This document shows, in pieces, positions 27,184 to 43,113 of a stretch of 64,000 nucleotides of DNA. Source of the DNA: Antedon mediterranea (Eukaryota > Animalia > Echinodermata); assembly GCF_964355755.1 (NCBI RefSeq), contig NC_092677.1, forward strand, positions 2,998,101 to 3,062,100. Reading direction: 5' to 3'. Each line of letters starts with the position of its first letter. Within the stretch, counting starts at the first letter, position 1. The translations under genes and the position numbers were made by a program. Below the pieces are notes generated by a model that searched no databases, was not told where the DNA came from, and saw only the letters and a list, made by a program, of their open reading frames with translations.

Positions 27184-28926
27184 TCAAAGTTTATTTCCAT
27201 CTTCGATGATTAATCTCCTTTGCGGGTAGCCGTCTAGATCCACGTACATGTAATTGTACTCTAGCTTACCACTTGCAACCTGAAAGTAAAGACCGAAATT
27301 AGTACTATTAAATCTCGTGCGAGGCTTCAGGAACTCGTGCGAGGCTTAAGGAACTCATGCGAGGCACAATTTTGCCGCAACGCAAAGTATCTATTGTATC
27401 ACGTTTGTGTTTCTTTCATGTGGGAACCAAGCTTTAGTTCGGCTTAATTACATATTATACTGCATATTGCATGTTACCGTGAAGCATATGAACTGTTTTT
27501 TGGGCGAAATTTACGCAACATAGATATTCAAGTTGTTAAACACTATCAATATATTTTTATACAAAAACTAAATAATTTGTTCTCGTTTACCTGCTCAACT
27601 TGTAGATGCACTGTGCCTTTCTGTTTACTGCCCTCAATGTAAAACTTCATTCTCATATATTGGATATCATTTTTGGTAAAAATCATGTGGCTGTAAAATA
27701 TATTATACTGTATTTACTTTGCATTACATTTTTAATATAAGCAGGTTTTTTGTTTTGGTACTCCAGTACATTTAATTATTAATTTACTCAATCGAATAAT
27801 GGCAATTGAAATTACCTAACATGCCTACGGCGCCCTCTCCTGTCCATTTCACCGTATCCCTTTACAGGTTCTCCAATCGCTTCTACAACCTGTATATATA
27901 TAACCAGAAATTGTAGCATTTTTAAAAACAAAATACTGTCTATTGAAATAATTTCAGTTGATTTGAAAAAATGCTTTTACACACCTCATAATTATTTTTA
28001 CATAACTTTAAACTTCTTGTGAAAACTGAATTTGGACTTTTTGAGTCCATTAGCTCTTGGCCGACAGTATAGAACATTGCAACTGAAAAACAAGTAAATA
28101 ATCATAAATGTTTTATATTCATTAATATTATTAACAAACAATATTTTTATTGTTTTTTGTGTATATAGAATAGACAGATACTTACTTAATAAGACTGCAC
28201 CAACTACAACAACAGCTATGTATGTTAAGTCTTTACTTGCCTGTGCAACTGTATAGAAAAATAATAATTTTTTTTTTTTTTTTTATTTATTCAATTTCTG
28301 CCATATACATAAACAAAGAAGACAAAACAATTATAAAAGGAGGCACGGAAAGACCAAACAGGTGCTAAACACCTATGCTAGTTGGCCAACCCAGAACAGA
28401 GAAAAATAAATAAATTACATTCTACAATAATAATAACAACAATGATAGCAATTATGCAATGCATTTTCAAAGCTATCTACTGCGGCCAAATATATTGGCT
28501 CTCCATCCACACATGAAATGTATATCTGTGTATTTATACAGTAATACATTAAGTAATTTAATACTTAAATATTGCGTGTATTGCTTTTACATTACTTTCT
28601 CCTTTTATTTGAAAAACTATTTTTTACTGAAAACTCATCCATTTCCCACACCATTTTTTCTTACGTCGTTTTTCAAGTTTTATAATAGAATGATTTATTA
28701 AATAACCTTTTTTCCCAATCTGAATTTGTTGAGAACCCTTGGTTTTAGACTTCGCAATGCCTTTGTTATTTGATGCCGATGCAACCCATCGATTGATTTC
28801 ATGCCTGATCCCTTTATTTCTTCCAAAATATCTGCAGCAGTGTGTAAATGAAAAGACGCATCTGATGGGTGAGCCATTAGAGAGGACGGAATGATGGCAA
28901 AATCTTGCTAATACACTAAATCTCAT
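27184..28926 (-). CDS. TIMM21: Mitochondrial import inner membrane translocase subunit Tim21 (6 coding exons)
   Basis: Minus-strand exons 28926-28707, 28248-28186, 28082-27985, 27889-27816, 27690-27591, 27279-27184 keep phase. They encode a basic presequence, TM segment DLTYIAVVVVGAVLL, and Tim21 motifs GEPVKGYGEMDRRGRRRHV, MKFYIEGS.QKGTV and YPQRRLIIED. Confidence 0.95.
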
Positions 28927-29289
28927 TGTTGCTATCTATTATTGGTGTACATTCACTGGGTTCTGATTCACTGTTCTCTCATACCTAAATATTAAAACAA
29001 AACAAAAGTACGTATGAATTTCAATTACAATACATGATTGATTATATATACCAAATATAACCACAATTCAATCATTGCCTTGGACGTGTCTGCTTCCTAG
29101 GCCTAATAATACCTAGACTAGGTTTAGTAATAGGCCTAGACTACTGCTGGGTAGCCTAGGCTAGTTGTATTCTCTCCTGTGGGCGGTGCTACCTAGATTG
29201 CTAGAGGACCACGGAGTTCTAGGGTGTAGGGCTAGTCCAGAATAGGAGGATAATAAATAGTGTGCTTTTATTTTTAAAAATATAATGCT

Positions 29290-29560
29290 GTTTATAACAT
29301 GTAACGAAACATCAAAAACATACAAACCAGTGAGTGCCTGGTGTGGTACGGTCAAACTTTGTGTTTTGATTGCTGCATCCTCCTGCTTAATTGCAAGAAG
29401 TAAAAAAAAACCAGGGTCGCGTCTCCTTGTTGAATGTGATGACGTATCATGTCATGGAGAGGTCAGGTAAAGTGTGCCACCACCACTCTGTTGTGTTTTG
29501 AAAACCGCAAAAAAACATTCAATAATGTATTCAAGATAACATCATTATCTGAAGAAGATT
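29290..29560. promoter_or_regulatory. Probable bidirectional promoter between TIMM21 and SLC66A2
   Basis: The genes are head-to-head with start codons about 1.15 kb apart, each preceded by a 5' UTR intron acceptor (28984 on minus, 29969 on plus). A CRE-like tgacgt lies near 29440. The exact TSSs are inferred. Confidence 0.55.
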
Positions 29561-30066
29561 GTTGAAACCAAACGTATTACGGTATTGTTGATTAATTACA
29601 TCATATTGTAGTGTTTTTAAAACACTAGTGGGCCTAGGCCTAGTGGTATAATATAGTAACTTTGTTGACAGCACGAGATGGCTTACGGAAAGCAGAATAA
29701 ACTGCTCATGTACGTGCTGTTGTACTGTGGCCAGCCTAGCCCTCCTACTACTGTACTGAGTAGGCTGTACTTTAGATTAGGGGTGTTCGGTTGTAGTAGC
29801 TTACTTAGTAGTGATAGGCCTAAGTTAGGGTAGGCCTAGTCTGTCTTCTGTCTGTCCTATTAATTATAAATAACATTGAATTAATTTTAGTTTACTTATA
29901 GATTAACAATTTTAATTCATCTCTTAAATTAAACTTAATTCAATGAACAGTATTTTTATTTTCTTTCAGATAAACAATGTCGCTACACAATTTTACTGCT
30001 GTTTATAGTTGATACTATTCAGAAAAGAATTTGTTTTTTCAATCAATTTTGGGCCATGAACCATAA

Positions 30067-32898
<2,832 letters not shown>

Positions 32899-33887
32899 TT
32901 GAATTGTAAGGTGAATAATACATATAGATATTCTTTGATAATACAGCTTAGCATTCTTGAGGGCGGGCTTCCAGATTACAAATATGAAAGACAAAATGCT
33001 AGTAAGCGGTAAACTTGAGGAAATATGTATCATAATATTGAAAGCAATACAATAACATTAGACGAAGAAATTATGATGAAATATAGTTTAGGCTATGGAC
33101 TTGATCAGCTAACTACATTAGGTCACATGTGTTAGCAAATACCATACATACATATATGGTGCAAAGTACAATATTCTACCTATTTTTATAATGTAAACCT
33201 ATTTATAATATTAAAATAGATTTTTTAGAATTTTATTTTGGGTTTGAGGGTGCTTTTTATATAATTAATAAGAATTGCTTAAATTTACGGTTTTGTTTAG
33301 AATTGTTTAGAATTGATTGTACAACCGCAAATATTTAATTAATCATTACTAAAGCACAAGATGATGTAATATTGACTTAATGCAGTAAAGATGAACAACG
33401 TCCCTAGCCAAGACTTGAACTTAGGTCTTCTTTTCCAGTGGTCAAATGGAAGAGCATCTGCATATCAAACAAGTTCAGTCTTGGTCAGGGGCGTCCTTTT
33501 CTCTCACAGTTTCTGTGTGTTCACACATTTAAAATTTGTTGACATAGCTTGCTGTATGTAATACATAAAATATAAAAAATGGTTTTATACGAAAATGAAA
33601 TATTACAACTAATATTTTTAAATAACATTCCAGATTCTAGATATAAAATTTTGTATGCAAAATGTGTTATTTTATGAATTTTTCTTTGTTATTTATTGTT
33701 TTTAAATGTCTGTAAGATTAGATTAAGAGCTTTTTTTTTTTATTTGTTATTTTTTTTAATCCCTCAATTTGTTTTCATAAATTAATTAATTAAATTATTA
33801 AATTACATTAATTGATAATAAACAACAAAGCAGAAGTAAATATAAATTATAAACAAATTTTAATTGTTATTTCTTACTGTATTTGTG

Positions 33888-33913
33888 CATGGAGGGAATA
33901 TATTTTCTCCATG
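33888..33913. mobile_element. Second P-like micro-remnant
   Basis: catggag...ctccatg palindromic ends flanked by atttgtg / atttgtt (7 bp, 1 mismatch). Confidence 0.5.
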
Positions 33914-34266
33914 ATTTGTTACAGCACTTTCTAGTTCGTTAGTTAGTGGTGACCAGATTGTGACAAGAGGGGAAACAGAAATAACGAACAGGGAAATTGT
34001 TGTAGAAAATGTTTTCCGTGACTAATTGATGTCAAAAGGGGAATAAATAAAACGTGCCCCAGTTCTAAGAGCGCAGGTAGCGCTCGTGTGATTTAGGAGA
34101 TATACAATGTTTCTGTTTAGACAGTCCCACTACATTTTATTCATCAAAATTAAATAATATAAAAAAAAACAACATTGGTTTAAATTTAAATATTGTTAAA
34201 AATCTTTATTTATTGACATTCGTTGTTGCAGATGAATTACAAATTGATCATTTTGTAAAGGTAGTA

Positions 34267-34491
34267 TGTACAAACAAGGCAATCTAACAACAGGACACTG
34301 AGCTTGCCTTGCCAAGATAGGAACTCGTAACAGTCCTTTGATCTTATGTCTGGCTGCGACAAATACCAACAGTACTGTAATATACATATTCTCTGCGTCG
34401 TACAGTGTCCTTTAAGAACTAATCGTGTCGCAGCCACAGATAAACCCTTTGATCTTCGGCGCTCAGCATCCTGTTAGATTGCCTTGGTACA
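34267..34491. mobile_element. Hairpin/MITE downstream of SLC66A2
   Basis: Inverted arms caaggcaatctaaca..aggacactgagc / gctcagcatcctgttagattgccttg, and inner tggctgcgaca / tgtcgcagcca. Confidence 0.6.
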
Positions 34492-36384
34492 ATATGACAT
34501 TTAAAATCCATCCTGTCTCTAACTCATTATGTGTTTTGTTGTAATTTCATTTGTATTGTTGGTTACACAGTAGAGCCCTAATCTAAGAACATGAAGTCAA
34601 AACTAGGCCAAGTAATTGTTTACACTATTAATCAATACCAAAAGATAACAACAATATTATAATATATTAATATATTATTATAATAATAATATAGGTTAAC
34701 TTTGCTTTTGATGACTTTTAAATGATAAATCAAAAAATAATAAACTTGCATTTTAATATTTTTTCACCTAGTATTTTAAAATTGAAAACCTCATAAACAA
34801 AGCGATTGTACAACAATATCATTTTGATTTTTACTTTATTTACAAACAATTCTCAATCCCAGAGCCTGTAATAATTTTTTTTAACGATTCGGAAGCATTA
34901 AAAAAATAAAATCAATAATTATTTAAAATATACTTTTCATAAATTCAGCCTCAGTGGAAATTGCACACAAGACGTTTACTGCGATAAGCATGCATACAAT
35001 GTATAAAAAACTTAATATTTGCATTAACCTGCTGCAGTAGGCCTAATCACATACACCTCAATCTGGCAAACATTCGGCCTTTTCATTTCTAAGGGCTGTT
35101 GAAATCGTGTTATCATACACAATTGTGTAAATAAACCCTATTGTTCAATTAAAACACAATTTTGCCTGATTTCAAAAGCGTACGTATTGATTTCAACCCA
35201 ACCCCAATAATATATTACATTCACTGTCAAGAGTACAATAACTATAACAACAACTGATTAACCATTCAAATAGTTGTTACTGTGCCTCTACCTAGCACAC
35301 CTCACAGTACTGTACTCTTATACCAAATACAAGCCTGTAGCCTTTCATTTTACAGATTGTTCTTTTTTCTGTGTAAGCAACTGAAGGAAAGATTTAGGCC
35401 TAGATGAAAATAATTTGGCGACTGGCTATAGCCTGGGTGCAGTACAAATTTTGCGGGAAAAAAGTATAGGAAAATTTTTTTCTTTTTTTTCTGATAGAGT
35501 ATACCATATAGAATGTCAGAAAAAAAATCCCCATCCCAGGGTCTTGGGGAAAATTTTTTACGGCACTTTTAAATTTTGGCCTATATAACACACACAAATG
35601 CCTATTAACACCATTACGCGGACCAGGCTACGTTAGCGTTACGGTTAGGCAATTTGGTTTTGACAAGCAATTACTGTCAGTGCTTTGTAAGTTATTGTGA
35701 TTTTATTGCCCTGGAGTGTCATTTAACTACAAGTCCTGCCCACTGGAGGTTGGTCTAACCTGAGATGATTCGCATGGAAGAGCTTGAGTCATCCTCTTAA
35801 ATTTGGCCTTGATGACCTTTGCGCAGGCTACCTAGAATTCTCAAGGGCCATTAAATATTCAGTTTCAACTTTTAGATTTTATGTGGTTTGAGACTTTGTT
35901 GAGCATTTTTAAAAATGTGTATAGGACTACTACAGTACATAATATTAATATTTAATCAAAGATAATAAAAATAATGCAATATACATTGAGATATAAATGA
36001 TGTAAAATAAACCATAAAGATTAATACAATAAACTACAAATAGCCAATTTTTAAGTTTTAATGGAAAAAAATGATTGACAATTATGAATATGAATGAATA
36101 TGTTATTAATTTAAATAACCAATTTAAATTAATACACATTAAAAAGTGTTATCATCATGTAAATAATTATCTTAAATTAAAAATGAAAGATATATTTAGG
36201 TTAACAAATTGAATATACTGTAATATGTTTCCTTTTTTCTTATTACTCTTGAAAAGTAATGTTATCTAGCTGTTATCTGCCAGAGTCACATGTTCTGACC
36301 CTTTCCTTCATTTGTTTAGCTCTGTTGATGAATACTCCGGACCGATACTTTTTTCGTAAAATGCTACAAATAAGTGTGTATGTT

Positions 36385-38190
36385 TTTTACCCTGCCACTG
36401 TTTTAGTACAACACAATTTTGTGTACTCTGCCACTGTTTTGTATCCCTGCCACCGTTTTTGTATCCCTGCAATCTTCTTTTTTTTCCAGAAACTTTGTAT
36501 ACAACACAAGTTTTTGTATCCTAGACCACTGCTTGGTCGTACCGTCTCTGTTTTTGTACCTGACACTGTTTTGTTCCCTGCCACTGTTCTTGTACCCTGC
36601 CACCGTTTTTGTACCCTGCTACTGTTTTTGTACCATGCCCCAGTTTTTGTACCCTGTCTCTGTTTTTGTACCCTGACACCGTTTTTGTTCCCTGCGACTG
36701 TTTTTGTACCCTGCTACTGTTTTTGTACCCTGCCACTGTTTTGTACCCTGCGACTGTTTTTATAGCCTGCAACCGTTTTTGTACCCTGCCACCGTTTTTG
36801 TTTCCCTGCCACCGTTTTTGTACCACTAGCTGTCATCGTCTTTTTTCCCAGACACTTTGTATACAACAAAAGTGTTTGTACCCTAGACCACTGCTTGTCA
36901 TACCCTGTCTCTGTTTTTGTACCCTGCAACTGTTTTTGTACCCAGCTGCCATCGATTTTGTACCCTGCCACCGTTTTTGTACCCTGCCACTGTTTTTGTA
37001 CCCATCTGCCATCGTTTTTGTACCCTGCCACTGTTTGTGTACCTTGCCACTGTTTATGTACCCTGCGACTGTTTTTGTACCCAGCTGCCATCGTTTTTGT
37101 ACCCTGCCATCGTTTTTGTATATACCCTGCCACCGTTTTTGTACCCTGCCACTGTTTTTGTACCCAGCTGCCATCGTTTTTGTACCCTTCCACCAGGGGC
37201 TTCCAGCCTTTAAAACACTGCCTGACATACATACATCATTTTGTGAAAGATATACTTTCCCATTAAATTTAATAAATGGAATATCACAACCACTAAGTAT
37301 TTATTCCTGTATAAGGTCAGCAATCAGATTTCCCGCGAACTATTGTATAAAATCAGTGACACTGTTTTTGTACCCTGCTACCGTTTTTGTACCCTGCCAC
37401 CGTTTTTGTACCCTGCCACTGTTTTTGTACCCAGCTGTCATCGTTTTTGTACCCTGCCACCGTTTTTGTATCCTGCCACTGTTTTTGTACTCTGCCACTG
37501 TTTTTGTATCCTGCCACTGTTTTTGTACCCTGCCACTGTTTTTGTACCCAGCTGCTATCGTTTTTGTACCCTGCCACCGTTTTTGTACCCTCCACTGTTT
37601 TTGTGCCCTGCTCATTTTTTTGTACCCAACTGCCATCGTTTTTGTACCCTGCCACCGTTTTTGTACCCTGCCACTATTTTTGTACCCTGCCACTGATTTT
37701 GTACCCATCTGCCATCGTTTTTGTACCCTGCCACCCTTTTTGTACCTTGCCACTGTTTTTGTACCCATCTGCCATCGTTGTTGTACCCTGCCACCGTTTT
37801 TGTACCCTGCCACTGTTTTTGTACCCTTCTACTGTTTTTGTACCCAGCTGCCATCTATTTTGTACCCTGTCACCGTTTTTGTACCCTGCCACTGTTTTTG
37901 TACCCTGCTACTGTTTTTGTACCCTGCTACTGATTTTGTACCCAGCTGCCATCGACTTTGTACCCTGCCACCGTGTTTGTACCCTGCCACTGTTTTTGTA
38001 CCACCCTGCTACCGTTTTTGTACCCTGTCACTGTTTGTGTACTCTGCCACTGTTTTTGTACCCTGCCACTGTTTTTATACCCTACCACCGTTTTTGTACC
38101 CAGTCAATGTTTTTGTACAAAACAATTTTTTTTACAAATGTTTTGTACCCAGAAACTGTTTTTGTATCCTGCTACTGTTTTTCCTGTCAT
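36385..38190. repeat. 20/23-bp minisatellite array inside the CACTA-like element
   Basis: Units tttttgtaccctgccactgt and tttttgtacccagctgccatcgt, interrupted at about 37190-37360. Source of the many Cys/Pro-rich spurious ORFs. Confidence 0.97.
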
Positions 38191-38569
38191 TGTATGTTGT
38201 CATCGTTTTATAACAATTTTATACAATGTAAAATAGAACAAAATATGTGATAATTGCAAATAAATATAATTTCAATTTCAATTTTATTTTATTTATTTTA
38301 TTTCCACAATATAATAACATACATACAGGATAATAAATGCAATGAAGTAATCATGTGGGGAGAGAGTCATAATAAGTCAGTCAGTAAGTTTCACCCACCC
38401 CGAAATATAACATTAAATACGAATACGAAAAATAAAAAAATATGTATACATAAACTAATAATAAATAAAAGAAAACAAAGCTACAATTTATTGCTCCCCT
38501 TTTTTAAAAATCCATTCTGAAAAACGTATGACTTTTAATTATTCATGATCTAACGTTATTACATAAAAG

Positions 38570-39400
38570 GTGGTGGCCAAGCTAGCTCTGCAGGTGACGG
38601 CCGCCGCATGCAGTTTCCCGTATTCTTATGTTGTTCGTTTTGGTAAATATGCGGCTGCACATGTATCCAAACGCGTAAATATTGCTGTGCTCTGATGGTG
38701 CTTCGACACCAGAAATTGACACCAGAAATTACTTCTGGTGCAGTCCATGGAAAGCATTTCTTCCACCTAATCTTCTCCGATGACAACTTTAAAGGAGTAC
38801 TCCATCCGGTCCGAAACGCCTTGCCATACTCTATTGTTACAGGTATAAATTAATTTTACCATCAATCATGAAGCACGTACCACGTTATTACCTGTAAGAG
38901 AAAAGACAATTGGGAAAATGAGAAAATAACTGTAAAATAATCACTGAATTGTGTATGGTATAATTGAATTTAATGTATGATAATGAAAAATTAGTGGCTT
39001 AATAAAAAAAAATTACGCATAGGCCTATAACAGAATCTTACTATTGATATCATTATGGACATAATCCTGAGTTGTGGAAATTAGGATATTTTATACGAAT
39101 ATATATTAGGCCTACTGATATACTGTAAATAAGACCTCTTTAGTCCTACTTCACACATTTACGTAGATCTATCTGATAAGAATTTGTTAATTATTTTATT
39201 TTTATCGGCACTGTTGATTTCTACCTACCATGCAAACGCATGCAGCAAGTCAGATTTTCCTCCACAATGAATCTTCCGAGAAAGATCTTTTATTGATTTT
39301 CGATGCGCTTCCATTCAATTTTAAAATCGCTTTGAGGCCTGCCGCCTCAATCCATCAAGAGGAATGGCGGGGGATATTTGAACTCCATGGTATATCTGGC
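38570..39400 (-). pseudogene. Decayed protein kinase gene fragment carried in the transposon
   Basis: Minus strand motifs in order: LLH/LHGNNV across a GT-AG intron (39228-38892), PVTIEYGKA (DFG-like), PWTAPEVISG, SNIYAFGYM, CMRRPS. Stops and frameshifts are present. Confidence 0.72.
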
Positions 39401-42400
39401 TTAGGCCTAACCCTTTTGCGATTAATTCTTTCTAATAGTTCTGTTGTACATTTTCTTCCAGGTAATTTCAACCACGGGCTCGTCGTTTATATTATCAAGT
39501 AGACGGTCATTGATGACCGAGTCTACGCATTTATCTCGTATAAAATCGCGTAGAGTTATCAAATTTAAATTGTGTTCATTTGTATCAATTATGTATGTTT
39601 GTTGCTGCTGTACATATTGTCTACAAGATGTCCACCACCCAACAACAGGTGAATAAAACATGAAACACTAATATGCTTTCGTGATACATTTATAGCACTG
39701 TTCGGAAGTACTCATGATTGACTATCAATCCATTTTGTTCCCAAAATCGACCAAAGGGCTTCCATGGCCTTTAAAATGCTGCCTGATGACATACGAAGAT
39801 ATTTTAAGTCATTTTGTGAAATATATATACTGTACTTTCCCATTAAATTTAATAAATTGAATATCACACGGCCATCCCAATTCCCTAGCAAAACTATTGT
39901 TCATGTTTAAAAGTATTTATTTAATGTGTCTGTAGTTCTAGTTAAATTCCTTTGCTTTGCATAAAGCAGCATTGAGAAATATTTAGATTAGATTATAAAC
40001 AACCACTAAAGTATTTATTCCTGTATAAGGTCAGAAATCAAATTTCCCGCAAACTATTGTATAAAATCAGTGACCTATCTAATAGTAAATTGATTGGTTA
40101 ATACCCAGTCAGTGAGGACCTGATTGACAAGCAGTGCCTGTTTGCTATTGGTCATTGGTAAGAGGAAGTTGAAAATGGACAACAAGTTATTCTTAACACT
40201 TGCAGTCTTAAATAAACACGCTGGCATTTTTATTACACCACAGAGTATTATTCCTGTCAACTTATACCACAATTGACATGTTGAGGGGATAGGTCATCCA
40301 CTGATTCAGTGGATGCCAAACGTAACGCTAAAGTAGCCTGGTCCGCGTAATGACACACAAATACCTATATATAGGGGATAGGGAAAACCAATTCACGTTT
40401 TTTTTAACTTGGAGTTGTGTTATGATTATTAAAATTAGCTGAGGCTTACTTTAATAACTACTTCTCATAGTAGTTGATAAATCGAGTCCATAACAATGAC
40501 ATCATCATGCCAGAATCCAATATGGCGTCCAATTTGGCGGAAAAAACAGGGTATTGCTGAACCCCCGCAAACCCCTGGAAACCTCCAAAATAACATAGCA
40601 AACCCCCACCGAACCAACATAAAAGTGATTGAATCATGTAGTGTACGACCCACTGGGTATATCCATGAAAAAAAAAATTAAATTTCTACTGTTAACTACT
40701 TATTTTTGGGGCAAAACATCATTTTTTGGTCAAAAATGATTGCTAAACCCTGCAAACCTCCAAAAAAACATAGCAAGCCCCACCGAACCAACATAATAAA
40801 AGTGATTGAATCATGTAGTGTACGACCCACTGGGTATATCCATGTTTTAAAAAAATAAAATTTCTACTGTTAACTACTTATTTTTGGGGTAAAACATCAT
40901 TTTCTGGTAAAAAATGATTGCTAATTTTTAACCAAAAAATGACGTTTTATCCCAAAAATAAGTAGTTAACAGTAGAAATTTTAATTTTTTTTTACATGGA
41001 CATACCCAGTGTGGTGTACACTCCATGATTCAATCACTTTTATGTCGGTTCGGTGGGGTTTTCTATGTTTTTTTGGAGGTTTCCAGGGGTTTGCGGGGGT
41101 TTAGCAATACCCTGTTTTTCCCGCCAAATCGGACGCCATATTGGATTCTGGCATGATGATGTCATCGTATCGACTTGATTCATCAACTACTATGAGAAGT
41201 AGTTATTAAAGTAAGCCTCTACTAATTTTAATCATTAAAACACAACTGCAAGTAACAAAAACTGTTAATTGATTTTCCCTATCCCCTATATATAGGTATT
41301 TGTGTATGTTAATGGGAATTTGTGTGTGTTATATAGGCCAAAATTTAAAAGTGCCATAAAAAATTTTCCCCAAGACCCTGGGATGGGGATTTTTTTTCTG
41401 ACATTCTATATGGTATACTCTATTAGAAAAACAAAAAAAAAATTTTCCTATACTTTTTTCCCGCAAATGTGTATAATAATTGTTCTGCACCCAGGCTACT
41501 AGGTAACATTGGCCAAAACATTTTCATGAGTATTTACTAGCACTTTCACAGCTGATCCCTTCAGTTCAGGAAAAAGGTGGGGGGGGGGGGAATCTTCGAA
41601 CCTTCCTGGCTACAGGCTTAATGTAAATATGTTTTCATGCTAATATTCATCTAACAAAAATAAAATTTTTTTTTTAGTTTTAAAAACGTTATTTGATCAA
41701 TATTAAAAGTTTTAAAACATTCCATTATGTACTATAAGAAGTATATGATTCGATACACAGATAAATATTGAAAATAATGTTTTCATTTAAACATATTTGT
41801 TCTTCATTGCTCAAGTCTATCCTGTTTTAATTTACTAATAACAATCATTTAACTTGAATAACTTTCTCTCTGTTAACAGCAAGTTTTTGGTGCGGGACAG
41901 TAAATGAAGTCCAATATACGTATTTGGAACTGGCCGGAATATACGTTCCACTCGAGTGACGTAACGCACAGGGCAAAGGCCCCTGGTTTACCACTCCTAA
42001 GGGGCTCTCCAACGCTGGTTAATTGCATTCAAGCCGCTCATGCTCCGAGGCCCCTGGGTTTAGCCAGTGAGCGCTCATATCCATTACGCCACTGTTCCAC
42101 TTGTTACAGTCTGTTAACTACGTAACTGTCTACCATCCCAAAACGAAATCTCGCTGTTACTTTAAAAATGTCATCGTACGTCACTACGATTCATTTTTCA
42201 TTTTCAAATTGGTTTAATGGATGTTAAACTTCTTTTCATTTTAATATATTTACTGACGCCTAAACTAAAATACTGTAACATTTATTTAATTGAGGTATAT
42301 CAAAAAGTATGATCAAAATAAATATATACAGTTATTTTAAATTGAAACATACAAAGCTAACTAATTATTACTATCAAATCGGAGGCCTGAAATTGCCTCA

Positions 42401-42827
42401 TGTACAGTTATAATAGTCAATAAATGCTTTAGAAAGTCAATTCAATATTCAATTCGAAATCAATTTCGTGTTGACCAGGCAGTAACAACAAACTGCTAAC
42501 TATAAGTCGGTTTTCGGGTCGGCGACGAGTTGCGTTGAGTTACCAGATGTAATCAGGGTTTACTTTGTGGTAGATCACTGAAGTTGAACTGTAAAATATT
42601 CGACCGATCATCATTACAGTTATTTATTCTCAACTCACAATTTGAAAATTTAGTTCAACATCTGCTGGAAAACGGGCTTTAAAGATATTCTGTATTTATG
42701 GCAAGCAAAACCTATACAGTTGCATTGTAAATTGATTTTCGTATAAATAACATTTTCTGAATGCCATATTCTAAAATAACTTTGATTACTGGTAGAAAAA
42801 GTCTTAGAAATTCTATGAGGATCCCGA

Positions 42828-42967
42828 TCAGGGGCGGAATTAGGGGTGAGCGCTTTCCCATCCTTTTTGACGGCTAAAAGGAAATTGTGAACTACTTTTT
42901 GATATCTACTACCACTGTATTATTTTATGTTAGCAGCACTGTGCTGACAAATCCAGGATCAGCCCCT
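42828..42967. mobile_element. Short hAT-like MITE remnant
   Basis: Ends caggggcggaattagg / ccaggatcagcccctg. Confidence 0.45.
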
Positions 42968-43113
42968 GTCTACCAAGGTAGGCCAACACCCTGGTGTGGT
43001 CTGAATACTATACATTGTACAGACATACACAATTATTTGGTATTAATTAAGAACACTTATTTTTAATTGAATACAGTATAATTCATAATTTAGTCACAGC
43101 CTGCTATGTTTTA

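Larger units (their letters stand above)
35612..40352. mobile_element. CACTA/EnSpm-like element inserted in the left arm of the foldback
   Basis: TIR cattacgcggaccaggctacgttagcgttacg / cgtaacgctaaagtagcctggtccgcgtaatg. Comparison with the uninterrupted right arm suggests a 2-bp (ac) TSD; 4-bp acac is also possible. Confidence 0.8.
35429..41498. mobile_element. Academ-like foldback element (nearly palindromic once the insert is removed)
   Basis: TAG...CTA termini (tagcctgggtgcag / ctgcacccaggcta) and 3-bp TSD cta. The left arm (35429-35611 plus 40353-about 40910) is inverted relative to about 40925-41498. A related fragment lies at about 9938-9996. Confidence 0.85.

Noticed and set aside
36259-38250. 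Long Cys/Pro-rich ORFs up to 534 aa
   Set aside because: They are translations of a 20/23-bp minisatellite that is open in several frames on both strands, with no splice or domain support.
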